Positions 20,709 through 29,402 of a stretch of DNA of 64,000 nucleotides are shown here, in pieces. The translations under genes were made by a program, and so were the position numbers. The notes under the pieces were generated by a model. It saw nothing but the letters and a program-made list of their open reading frames with translations. It was not told where the DNA came from and searched no databases. Source of the DNA: Candidatus Eiseniibacteriota bacterium (GTDB taxonomy: Bacteria; Eisenbacteria; RBG-16-71-46; CAVPCR01); NCBI GenBank assembly GCA_963823555.1, contig CAWGMA010000003.1:768001-832000 (forward strand), written 5' to 3'. How positions within the stretch are numbered: position 1 is the stretch's first letter; each line of letters opens with the position of its first letter.

Positions 20709-22087
20709 GCGCGGGTCGATCCAGCGTAGGCGGCGAAGGTGTGCACGAACGCACGCATTCCCCCGGCTGCCTGTTGCCAGTCGAAGAACTCATCCGGGGC
20801 GTGATAGCCGTGCTCGGGAAGGCTCAGCGGCAGGAATGCGATGGGCACCCGGAGCCTGTCGGCCAGGATGCTGACCGCACCGATCGACCCGCCTTCACGC
20901 ACCGGAACCGGATCGCGGCCGAAAGCGCGTGCCATCCCGGTCTTCACTGCCGCCGCGGCCGGTCCGTCGAGCCGTCCCGTGTAGGGCGCGAGACGGCCGG
21001 TGGCCACCACCTCCACGTCGGGGTTCACCGCGGCCACGAACTCCCGGAGGCGGGCCTCGATCCGCGCCGGGTCCTGCCCGTGGACCAGGCGGAAGCTCAC
21101 CTTGAGCTCGCCCTCCCGCGGCACGGCGGTCTTGACCCCGGGCCCCACGTAGCCGCCGGCCAGGCCATGGACCTCGAAGGTGGGGCGGGTCCAGAGGCGG
21201 AGCATCATCTCGAGCGGAACTTCCGTCTCGAGCTTGTCCAGGGCATAGGCGCGCTTGAAGTAGTCGACATCGAAGCCGCAGGCCATGAAGCCGGCGATCT
21301 CCTCGGCCGTGGGCGCGATCATGCCCTCATGCCAGAAACGTGACCCGTTGATTGCTGCGACAAGAAGTGAAAGTTCGCGGAGCGGATTCCGGGCCACCCC
21401 GCCGGTCATTCCGGAGTGCGCCTCCTTGGCGGCGGTGTGCAGGCGGAGAATCGCATTGAGCGATCCCCTCAGGCTGTAGGACATGGCGGGCACGGCGGCA
21501 TTCGGCCACAGGGAGTCGGAGACGATGACGCAGTCGGCGGCAAATCCCTTCCGCTGCGTCATCCGCGTCACGACCTCGGCGAAGTGCGGGCTCCCGATCT
21601 CCTCCTCGGTTTCCCAGATGAAGCGGACTGCGATCGGAATACCGTGCGTGGCGGCGTAGGCGGCGGCCCGCAACGCGGCGAGCGCCGGGCCCTTGTCGTC
21701 GGTGGTCCCGCGGCCGCAGTAGAGGAAGCGTCGCTCCCGGTGGTCCTCGACCGCGAAGCGGAAGGGCTCGCCGCGGGTCCAGGTGGCGAGATCGGCCGGC
21801 TGCACATCGAGATGGTTGTAGATGAGGATCGAGGCGCGTGCGTTCTCGGGCACGAACCCGCCGACCACCGCCGGGGTGCCCCCGGTTTCGATCAGCTCGG
21901 CCTCGCCGCCGAGGTCGCGGATCATGTCGCGCGCCGCCTCGGCACCGCGGCGGATGTCGTCCTCGCGGCCGCCCCCGGGACTCACCGTCGGGATCTCGAC
22001 GAGCGTGCGCAGGCACCCGCGGAACCAGGGCTCGGAATCGGCCACATGAAGGTCGAGCGCGTGCGGATCGATGGGGGTCTGGGACAT
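20705..22087 (-). CDS. M20/M25/M40 family metallo-dipeptidase
   Basis: YNHLDVQP, GRGTTDDKG, ETEEEIGS, EGGSI, HAPDE; AGGAGA RBS before ATG 22087. Confidence 0.92.
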   Translation of the reverse strand: MSQTPIDPHALDLHVADSEPWFRGCLRTLVEIPTVSPGGGREDDIRRGAEAARDMIRDLGGEAELIETGGTPAVVGGFVPENARASILIYNHLDVQPADLATWTRGEPFRFAVEDHRERRFLYCGRGTTDDKGPALAALRAAAYAATHGIPIAVRFIWETEEEIGSPHFAEVVTRMTQRKGFAADCVIVSDSLWPNAAVPAMSYSLRGSLNAILRLHTAAKEAHSGMTGGVARNPLRELSLLVAAINGSRFWHEGMIAPTAEEIAGFMACGFDVDYFKRAYALDKLETEVPLEMMLRLWTRPTFEVHGLAGGYVGPGVKTAVPREGELKVSFRLVHGQDPARIEARLREFVAAVNPDVEVVATGRLAPYTGRLDGPAAAAVKTGMARAFGRDPVPVREGGSIGAVSILADRLRVPIAFLPLSLPEHGYHAPDEFFDWQQAAGGMRAFVHTFAAYAGSTRA

Positions 22088-22142
22088 GCGTTGGGATCTC
22101 CTTGCTGGGTGATGTGCCGCCGCGGAGTATAATCGACCGCCG

Positions 22143-23501
22143 ATGACTCGACGATCGCACATGGGGCGCGGACCGCGGGGAGAGCGACCGGCCGAAGGGC
22201 CGCGGATGGTGTTCGCCGACGCCGCAGGCCGCATCTACGACCATCCCGAGCTCGGGATGGCCGGCGTGGATGGTGGCGAGCCCGCGCCCGTGCCAGCGCC
22301 GGACCTCCTGCCGCTGCCGCGCGGGAGCGATCTCTTCACGCTCCCCGGCCGGAGTCCGATCGGCATCGATCCGGGAACGGGGCGCGCCGTCGAATACACG
22401 GGTGACGGAACGGCCGGACCGATCGATGCCGTCGCCGCTTTCCTCGCCCCCGCGCACACGCTCACCCTGACGCCGGCCTACGCGACCCGGTCCGGCGCTC
22501 CAGCGCTACCCCTCTTCGCCTACTCCGCCGTCGGCTTTCGGGACGGCGAGTTCGTCGCCACCGGGTTCCGCGTCGATCCCGACATCCGCCAGGATCCCTG
22601 GCGCTTCGACCCCAAGCGGCTCGCGAAGCAGGTCGCCGCACGGATGGCGACGGCGGGGGAGAACCAGGTGATCCAGCAGCTCGAGCGCTGTGCTCTCGAG
22701 TACAACTGCCGGGCCGCGCAGAACTACTTCATCGGACGGCACGAGGCACCGCTGCCGACGAGCGTCACCTGCAATTCGCTCTGTGTGGGCTGCATCTCGC
22801 TCCAGGCGGACGGCTCGTTCAAGGCGAGCCATGATCGACTGGGGCGGGCGCCGAGCGCCGAGGACGTGGCCGAGGTCGCGCTGGAGCACATTGCGCGGGT
22901 GCCGGAGGCGGTCGTGAGCTTCGGCCAGGGCTGCGAGGGGGAGCCGCTCCTGAACGCCCAGCTCCTCATCCGGTCGGTCGAGCTCATTCGTGCGGCCACC
23001 GACGCCGGCACCATCAATCTCAACTCGAACGCCTCGAAGCCGGACGTGGTGGCCGCTCTCGCCGCGACCGGTCTCGACTCGATCCGGGTGAGCCTCAACA
23101 GCGCGCGTCCCGATGTCTACGCCGCCTATTACCGCCCGCAGAAGTACTCGTTCGCGGATGTCGTGGCGTCGATGCAGGAGATGAAGGAGCGCGGCCGCTA
23201 TCTCTCGATCAATTACCTCGTCTTCCCCGGGGTCACCGACAACGAGGAGGAGCTCTCGGCGCTCGTGGATCTCATCGCCGAGACCGACCTCGACCTGGTG
23301 CAGATGCGTAACCTGAACATCGATCCCGAGGTCTACCAGGCGGCCCTCCCTGCCGGCACCATGCGCCAGGGCTTCGGGCTCAGGCGCGTCATGACGGAGC
23401 TCCGCGCCCGCTTCCCGCAACTCCGTTTCGGTTACTTCAATCCGCCGAAGGAGCGCTACGCCGCCTTCCGCACCGAACCGGCACCGGCTCTGTTCGGCTA
23501 G
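22143..23501 (+). CDS. Radical SAM protein, uncharacterised family
   Basis: CxxxCxxC (CNSLCVGC), SFGQGCEGEPLL, IRVSLNS, NYLVFPGVTD. Confidence 0.88.
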   Translation: MTRRSHMGRGPRGERPAEGPRMVFADAAGRIYDHPELGMAGVDGGEPAPVPAPDLLPLPRGSDLFTLPGRSPIGIDPGTGRAVEYTGDGTAGPIDAVAAFLAPAHTLTLTPAYATRSGAPALPLFAYSAVGFRDGEFVATGFRVDPDIRQDPWRFDPKRLAKQVAARMATAGENQVIQQLERCALEYNCRAAQNYFIGRHEAPLPTSVTCNSLCVGCISLQADGSFKASHDRLGRAPSAEDVAEVALEHIARVPEAVVSFGQGCEGEPLLNAQLLIRSVELIRAATDAGTINLNSNASKPDVVAALAATGLDSIRVSLNSARPDVYAAYYRPQKYSFADVVASMQEMKERGRYLSINYLVFPGVTDNEEELSALVDLIAETDLDLVQMRNLNIDPEVYQAALPAGTMRQGFGLRRVMTELRARFPQLRFGYFNPPKERYAAFRTEPAPALFG

Positions 23502-23533
23502 CACCCGGGACTCGACCGGACTACACTCCGCCC

Positions 23534-24496
23534 ATGGCCACGACCACAGGCACCCGCCGCCGCAAGAAGAAGACCGCCCCCGAATCGGCCGGGCTCGTTC
23601 CACTCGAGACGCGAGCCGATCCGCCGCCGCCGATCAGCGAGCTTGCCGCCCAGGTCGAGGCCGATGGCGGTTGTGTGCATTCGATCTATCGGGATCCCTT
23701 CGGGGGACGCTGGCTCCTTTTCGTCGTGCTCCCTCTCGATCGCGTCATCGCGAGCCCCTTCCAGCGCGATCCATCCGCCACGCATGTCGGGCGATTGCAG
23801 GGGGTGATCGAGAAGATCGGACGTTTCCTCGATCCCATCATCGTGGTCCGCAACCCCGAGGGCAATTACTGGACGCCGAACGGCAACCACCGTCTGGAGG
23901 CGCTGCGCGCCCTCGGTGCCCGCTCGGTGTCCGCGCTCCTTCTCCCCGAGCACGAGATGGTGTACACGATCCTCGCCCTCAACACCGAGAAGGCGCACAA
24001 CCTGAAGGAGAAGGCCCTCGAGGTGATTCGCATGGCGCGCGACATCGCCGCGCTGCGGTCGGGCTCGGAGCTCCAGTACGCCTTCGCCTTCGAGGAGCCG
24101 GCGTTCCTCACCCTCGGCATCTGTTACGAGAAGCGGCCGCGATTCGCCGGCGGGGCCTACCACCCGGTGCTGCGCCGGGTGGATGAGTTCCAGGAGGCGG
24201 AGCTCCCGGCGGCGCTCGAGACGCGCACGGGATGGGCGGAGAAGCTGCTCCAGCTCGATGATCGCGTGACCGAGATCGTAGCCGAGCTCAAGGAGCGCGG
24301 ATTCGTGAGCCCCTATCTCAAGGCCTTCGTCGTGGCCCGCGTCAATCCCCTCCGCTTCCAGCGCGGCGCCACGGCCGAGCTCGAGCCCACGCTCGAGAAG
24401 ATGCTGGCCGCGGCCCAGCGCTTCGACGCCGGCCGGATCCGGGAAAAGGATCTCGCGGGAACCGGTGGCCCGCCGCCGGCGGAGGGCGAGGATTGA
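23534..24496 (+). CDS. ParB/Srx N-terminal domain protein (orphan, no parA)
   Basis: PFQRD, FLDPIIV, PNGNHRL (GxxR-type CTPase box), LNTEKAHNL. Confidence 0.8.
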   Translation: MATTTGTRRRKKKTAPESAGLVPLETRADPPPPISELAAQVEADGGCVHSIYRDPFGGRWLLFVVLPLDRVIASPFQRDPSATHVGRLQGVIEKIGRFLDPIIVVRNPEGNYWTPNGNHRLEALRALGARSVSALLLPEHEMVYTILALNTEKAHNLKEKALEVIRMARDIAALRSGSELQYAFAFEEPAFLTLGICYEKRPRFAGGAYHPVLRRVDEFQEAELPAALETRTGWAEKLLQLDDRVTEIVAELKERGFVSPYLKAFVVARVNPLRFQRGATAELEPTLEKMLAAAQRFDAGRIREKDLAGTGGPPPAEGED

Positions 24497-25377
24497 TCAC
24501 GCTCCTGGTCGCGGGACTGGTCGCGCTGTTCGCCGGAGCCCCGGTCGATTCGACTTACGTCGCCACGATCCTCGCTGAGCGCACGGAGCGCGAAGCGCGG
24601 CTCAGGGCCGACGATGGCTGGCTCACCGTCGCCGGTCTCCACTGGTTCATGCCCGGCGAGAACTCCTGCGGCACCGATCGCGGCAACACGATCATCCTGC
24701 CCGCCGGCTCGGCGCCGGCCGCGGTCGGTCGCTTCATCCTCCGCGGGGACTCGGTCGGGGTCGAGGTGCTCCCCGGCGTGCCGGTCACCTGCGACGGGCG
24801 GCCGGTGACGCAGATGACTCTCCGGAGCGACGAGGAGGGTCGGCCCGACGTGCTGGTCCTCGACCAGCTTCGTCTCTTCGTCATCAGGCGAACCCGGGGG
24901 CTGGCCCTGCGCGTCCGCTATCTCGATGCACCGGCGCGCCGCGAGTTCCAGGGCCTCGACTACTTCGCGGTGGATCCCTCATGGCGGATCGAAGCTCGCT
25001 TCGTGCCCTATGACCCGCCGCGGCCGATCGTGATTCCGAGCGTGATCGGCACCGTGGACACCGTCCTGGCACCGGGATGCGTCGAGTTCGAACGTGGTGG
25101 CGAAACGTACCGCCTCGATCCGGCGAGCGATTCCACCGCCGACGGACTCTTCTTCATCTTCAAGGACGAGACGAGCGGGGTCGAGACCTATCCCCCGGGA
25201 CGCTTCCTCTCGACCGATCCTCCAGCCGGTGGCACGGTGGTGCTCGATTTCAACCGGGCGGTGAGTCCGCCCTGCGCCTACACCGAATACGCCACCTGCC
25301 CCCTGCCGCCGCTCCAGAATGCCCTCGCGCTCCGTATCCCGGCCGGCGAGAAGCTGACTCCCGGCCACCATCCCTGA
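24493..25377 (+). CDS. DUF1684 domain protein
   Basis: GWLTVAGLHW, FKDETSG.ETY..GRFL, LDFNRA.SPPCAYT.YATCPLPP.QN. Confidence 0.88.
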   Translation: MITLLVAGLVALFAGAPVDSTYVATILAERTEREARLRADDGWLTVAGLHWFMPGENSCGTDRGNTIILPAGSAPAAVGRFILRGDSVGVEVLPGVPVTCDGRPVTQMTLRSDEEGRPDVLVLDQLRLFVIRRTRGLALRVRYLDAPARREFQGLDYFAVDPSWRIEARFVPYDPPRPIVIPSVIGTVDTVLAPGCVEFERGGETYRLDPASDSTADGLFFIFKDETSGVETYPPGRFLSTDPPAGGTVVLDFNRAVSPPCAYTEYATCPLPPLQNALALRIPAGEKLTPGHHP

Positions 25378-25505
25378 CCGCTTGAGCCGGGACGCCGCCT
25401 CGGGTAGCATCTCCGGCGGCGCGGATCTACGAGCTCGTTCTGCGCCCTCCTCTCGCCTTGATTCCAGACGAGCCTCGACAACGCACCTACGGCAAGGAGG
25501 CCTCG

Positions 25506-28316
25506 ATGCGATCCCGCACTCGCCTCGCTGCGTTGCTCGTCCTCGGCGGTTGGCTCTCGGTCCCGTGGTTTTCCACCCCGTGGATCGCGGGCCCTGCATC
25601 CGCCGCACCGCTCCCACCCAGCGCCCCGGCTCTGCCGGTCCCCGCGCCGGGTGACGTCCCCGTCACTCCCGAGGGCCAGCTTCCGCTGGTGCTCGAGACC
25701 ACGGCCGGCGGCGCCATCGCGCTGGCCGCGCGCGTCCAGGAGCTGGGCGGGCACGTCGAGTACAGCTTCGAGACCATGCCTGCTCTGGCGGTGACCGTCC
25801 CCGCCACCCGCGTGCATGAGCTCCTCGGCGATGCACAGGTTATCGCGGTCGAGCGCCAGAAGTGGATTCACCGGGCGGTCTCGACGGTGGAGCTTCCCGG
25901 CATCGGCCGCATCGAGGACGGCGCGTTCCATGTCGTCGATCTCGCTGCGAAGACGTTCCCCGTTTCTCGCGGAGAGCTCCGCCGCGGCGGCGGCAGCGAG
26001 CTGGCGACCTTTCTGGGGTACGACGCCATGATCGGCGCCACCGAGGTGTGGGAGGACGCGGATTTCGGTGAGGGCGCGATCGTCGTCGTCGTCGATACCG
26101 GTGTCTTCCCCGACCATCCGCTGATCGCCGGCAGCGTGATCGGCGGCGAGAACCTGGTGCCGGCGGAGGACGAGGAGCGGATCGATCACGACCACGATGG
26201 TACGCCGGATGGCCGCTCCTTCGACTGGAACGCCATCCAGAACCATGACCATGGCACCTTCGTGTCGGGCCTCATCGCCGGTCATGCCGATCTCGTGATG
26301 CCGCTCGAGAGCCAGCTCGCGCAGTCGCTCCTCATCCACAGTCCGGAATCGATCGACTCGGTGGATGTGACCATGGGGCGGGTGAGCCTCATGGGCATGG
26401 CGCCGGCTGCCTCCATCTATGCGATGAAGGTCTTTCCCTACGACGGCGGCAGCGCTCCGGACGCGCGCGTGGCCGCAGCGCTCGATCGCGTGATCGAGAT
26501 GAAGCGCTCGGGCGAGCTCGCCGTCGATGTCGTCAACATGAGCCTCGGCGGCCCGACCCTGTGGGATGGCCGGAGCGTCCTCGATCGCATGGTGGACGCC
26601 GCAGTGGCCGAGGGCATCACGGTCGTGGTGGCGGCGGGGAACGAGGGGCCCGCTCTCGTGACCACCGGCAGCCCGGCCAACGCGTTTCGCGCGCTCGCCG
26701 TCGGCGGGGCGGTCGATCCCATCCATACCCGGGTCGGTATCGAGCAGCTCTTCGAGGGGGCGCCGATCGGCGTCGGCCAGCTCATCTACCCCTACGATGC
26801 GGTGCAGGTGGCCAACTTCTCGAGCCGCGGCTTGACCGGCGACGGACGCGTGAAGCCGGACCTTCTCGCCACCGGTCTTCTCAGCTTCTCCTCGGCGCTC
26901 TTCGATGTCGATATGGACGGGCTCAATGACGTCCCCGGCTATGCCTTCGGCGTCGGCACCTCGTTCGCGACCCCGACCGTGGCCGGAGCGGCGGCACTGC
27001 TCGCCGCCTATGGCCGTTCGATCGGGGGACTCTCGGAGGCGCCGTACCTCGCCAACGTCCTCATGAGCCAGGCGCGACCGATCGCCGACTGGCGGCGCGT
27101 GCCGGAGGTCGAGCAGGGGAAGGGCTTCGTGCGCCTGCCGGAGGCCTTCGCCATGCTCCAGAACGGCCACGGGCAGAACCCGCCGCCGCGCAGCACGCGA
27201 AACGACGCGGTCACCTACCTCGATGCGGGAGAGCACGGCATCGTCTCCGGACGCACGCGTGCTCTCGGTCCCGGCGAGACCCACACCTTCGTCATCGAGG
27301 TGCCGTGGAGCGTCAAGAGCTTCGACGTGAGCGTTCCCGAGGTCACGCTCGGGAGCGAGCAGAATCCGATCATCGGCGATCACCTCGAAATCCACGTCCA
27401 CTCGGCGAAGCGCGGCGGGAACGGCGATTATCTCTTCGTCGATCCCGATGTGTCGCCCTTCGCCGGGTTCACCACGCATCGTCCGGAGTGGGGGCAGATC
27501 CGCGTCACCTTCGCCGGGAGCCTGACCAACTGGGGCCGCGCCGAGGCGCGCTTCACCCTCAAGACCAAGTCTGGATCGACGCCGGGCGTGCTGCGCGCAG
27601 AGGCCGCGCTCGGCAACGAGGGTGTCTGGGAAACCTCGGTCGACGTGCCGGAGGATCTGGCCGGTGTCGAGTTCTGGCTCTCCTGGGATCACGACTGGCG
27701 GACGCTTCCCACCTACGATCTCGATCTCCTGGCCATTGCGCCCGACGGCACCCCGCACCTGGGCGGGCTGTCGCTCAGGAGCCCCGAACACACGATGATC
27801 ATCCATCCCATGCCCGGGACCTGGCAGCTTCGCGTCATGGACATGGACACGATCCGGGGATCCGAGTGGTTCCGCGTGCACTGGAAGACCCATCGCTTCT
27901 TCGATCCCGATGTCTACGAGAAGGACGAGGGTGGCGGGGAAGTGGAAGTGGGCGGTCGCGAGGTGGCTGCGGCACCGGTGGATGCCGCCGCGGCCGGGGC
28001 GCCTCAGGCCGGGCTCCTGACCGTGGGGCGGCCGGCCCTGGCCTTTCTCGGCGTGACCCCGAACCCGGCGCGACCGGAGGCCTCGATCCGCTTCGAGATC
28101 GGGAACGAGGGCGGCGGTGAGGTGCGGGTCGTGATCTTCGACTTGAGCGGCCGGCGGGTGCGGACGCTCCTCGAGCGGTCGCTCGAACCGGGCGTGCACA
28201 CGGCCGAGTGGGATGGCCGCGGCGATGACGGCGCCATCGTGGCGAGCGGAGTCTACTTCGCCCGCATCGAGGCGCCGGCGGGGACGGCGACGCGCAAGCT
28301 GGTCGTGGCCCGCTAG
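25506..28316 (+). CDS. Secreted S8 subtilisin-like serine peptidase with C-terminal FlgD-Ig/T9SS-like domain
   Basis: Triad VVDTG / HGTFVSG / GTSFATP, oxyanion AAGNEG; CTD PNP...FDLSGRRVRTL...WDG...SGVYF; AAGGAGG RBS. Confidence 0.93.
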   Translation: MRSRTRLAALLVLGGWLSVPWFSTPWIAGPASAAPLPPSAPALPVPAPGDVPVTPEGQLPLVLETTAGGAIALAARVQELGGHVEYSFETMPALAVTVPATRVHELLGDAQVIAVERQKWIHRAVSTVELPGIGRIEDGAFHVVDLAAKTFPVSRGELRRGGGSELATFLGYDAMIGATEVWEDADFGEGAIVVVVDTGVFPDHPLIAGSVIGGENLVPAEDEERIDHDHDGTPDGRSFDWNAIQNHDHGTFVSGLIAGHADLVMPLESQLAQSLLIHSPESIDSVDVTMGRVSLMGMAPAASIYAMKVFPYDGGSAPDARVAAALDRVIEMKRSGELAVDVVNMSLGGPTLWDGRSVLDRMVDAAVAEGITVVVAAGNEGPALVTTGSPANAFRALAVGGAVDPIHTRVGIEQLFEGAPIGVGQLIYPYDAVQVANFSSRGLTGDGRVKPDLLATGLLSFSSALFDVDMDGLNDVPGYAFGVGTSFATPTVAGAAALLAAYGRSIGGLSEAPYLANVLMSQARPIADWRRVPEVEQGKGFVRLPEAFAMLQNGHGQNPPPRSTRNDAVTYLDAGEHGIVSGRTRALGPGETHTFVIEVPWSVKSFDVSVPEVTLGSEQNPIIGDHLEIHVHSAKRGGNGDYLFVDPDVSPFAGFTTHRPEWGQIRVTFAGSLTNWGRAEARFTLKTKSGSTPGVLRAEAALGNEGVWETSVDVPEDLAGVEFWLSWDHDWRTLPTYDLDLLAIAPDGTPHLGGLSLRSPEHTMIIHPMPGTWQLRVMDMDTIRGSEWFRVHWKTHRFFDPDVYEKDEGGGEVEVGGREVAAAPVDAAAAGAPQAGLLTVGRPALAFLGVTPNPARPEASIRFEIGNEGGGEVRVVIFDLSGRRVRTLLERSLEPGVHTAEWDGRGDDGAIVASGVYFARIEAPAGTATRKLVVAR

Positions 28317-28327
28317 GACGCGAGGAG

Positions 28328-29317
28328 GTGGCGGCGGTGGCTTCCCCCGGATCCCCGGCGATCGAGCTCTCCCGGGCTCGGCTCGACGAGGTGCGCCGCC
28401 GCCTCTCCGCTCGCGTCCATCGCACTCCGGTCATCGGGAGCCGGCTCCTGTCGCAAGCGGCCGGCACCGAGCTCCTGCTCAAGGGTGAGCACCTGCAGCG
28501 CGGCGGCGCCTTCAAGATCCGCGGCGCGCTCAACTTCCTCCTCACCCTCGCCGAGGCGGAGCGCAGCCGCGGAGTGGTCACGGCCTCCTCGGGCAACCAC
28601 GGGCAGGCGGTCGCCCTGGCCGCGCGCGAGCTCGGTGTGGCGGCCACGGTCGTCGTGCCCGAGGATATCTCCGGGGTCAAGGCCGGAGCGATCCACGACT
28701 ACGGGGCCCGGATCGAGGTCGCCGGGCGCTCGTCGTCGGCGCGTCTCGAGCGCGCGCGCGAGCTTGCGGCCTCGGGCCTGGTCTTCGTCCCGCCCTACGA
28801 TCACGAGCGCATCATCGAGGGTCAGGCCACGGCGGGCGCCGAGATCGTCGAGGATGCCCCGGGCATCGATGCGGTGGTGGTGCCTGTCGGCGGGGGAGGG
28901 CTCATCTCCGGGATCGCGCTCGCGGTGAAGCTCCTTTCGCCCGCGGTCCGCGTCATCGGGGTCGAGACCGAGGCGGCGGACGACGCCCACCGGTCCTTCC
29001 ATTGCGGCCAGCGCGTGCGCATCGAGCTCCCGGATACGATCGCCGACGGCATGCGCAATCTGGAGGTGGGAGATCTCAATTGGGAGGTGATCCGCACCCG
29101 CGTCGATGACATGGTCACCGTGTCCGAGGACGAGGTTATCGCCGCCATGCGATTGCTCCTGACGCGGGCCAAGGTCGTGGCCGAGCCGACCGGGGCCGTG
29201 GCCCCGGCGGCTGTGCTCGGGGGCAAGGTGCGCGGGGCGCGGGTGGTGGCGGTCGTGAGCGGCGGTAATCTGGACCTGACCTTTCTCGAACGATTGGCCG
29301 GCACGGACGGTGGCTAA
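28328..29317 (+). CDS. PLP-dependent threonine/serine dehydratase without ACT domain
   Basis: E.LQRGGAFKIRGA (PLP Lys), SSGNHGQ, PVGGGGLISG, EPTGA, SGGN. Confidence 0.92.
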   Translation: MAAVASPGSPAIELSRARLDEVRRRLSARVHRTPVIGSRLLSQAAGTELLLKGEHLQRGGAFKIRGALNFLLTLAEAERSRGVVTASSGNHGQAVALAARELGVAATVVVPEDISGVKAGAIHDYGARIEVAGRSSSARLERARELAASGLVFVPPYDHERIIEGQATAGAEIVEDAPGIDAVVVPVGGGGLISGIALAVKLLSPAVRVIGVETEAADDAHRSFHCGQRVRIELPDTIADGMRNLEVGDLNWEVIRTRVDDMVTVSEDEVIAAMRLLLTRAKVVAEPTGAVAPAAVLGGKVRGARVVAVVSGGNLDLTFLERLAGTDGG

Positions 29318-29402
29318 GATCCCCCGGCGGCCGCCACACCTGATAGAATCGAATGCGGTAGTTTGCCCGGCCGCGCCGATCCCCTTGAGAAAGGACGCAG
29401 CC

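Noticed and set aside
25278..28199. 973-aa minus-strand ORF, and similar long ORFs at 11806-13269, 29136-31418, 52836-55052 and 54989-57061
   Set aside because: Antisense shadows of well-supported genes, expected in high-GC DNA; they carry no recognisable motifs.
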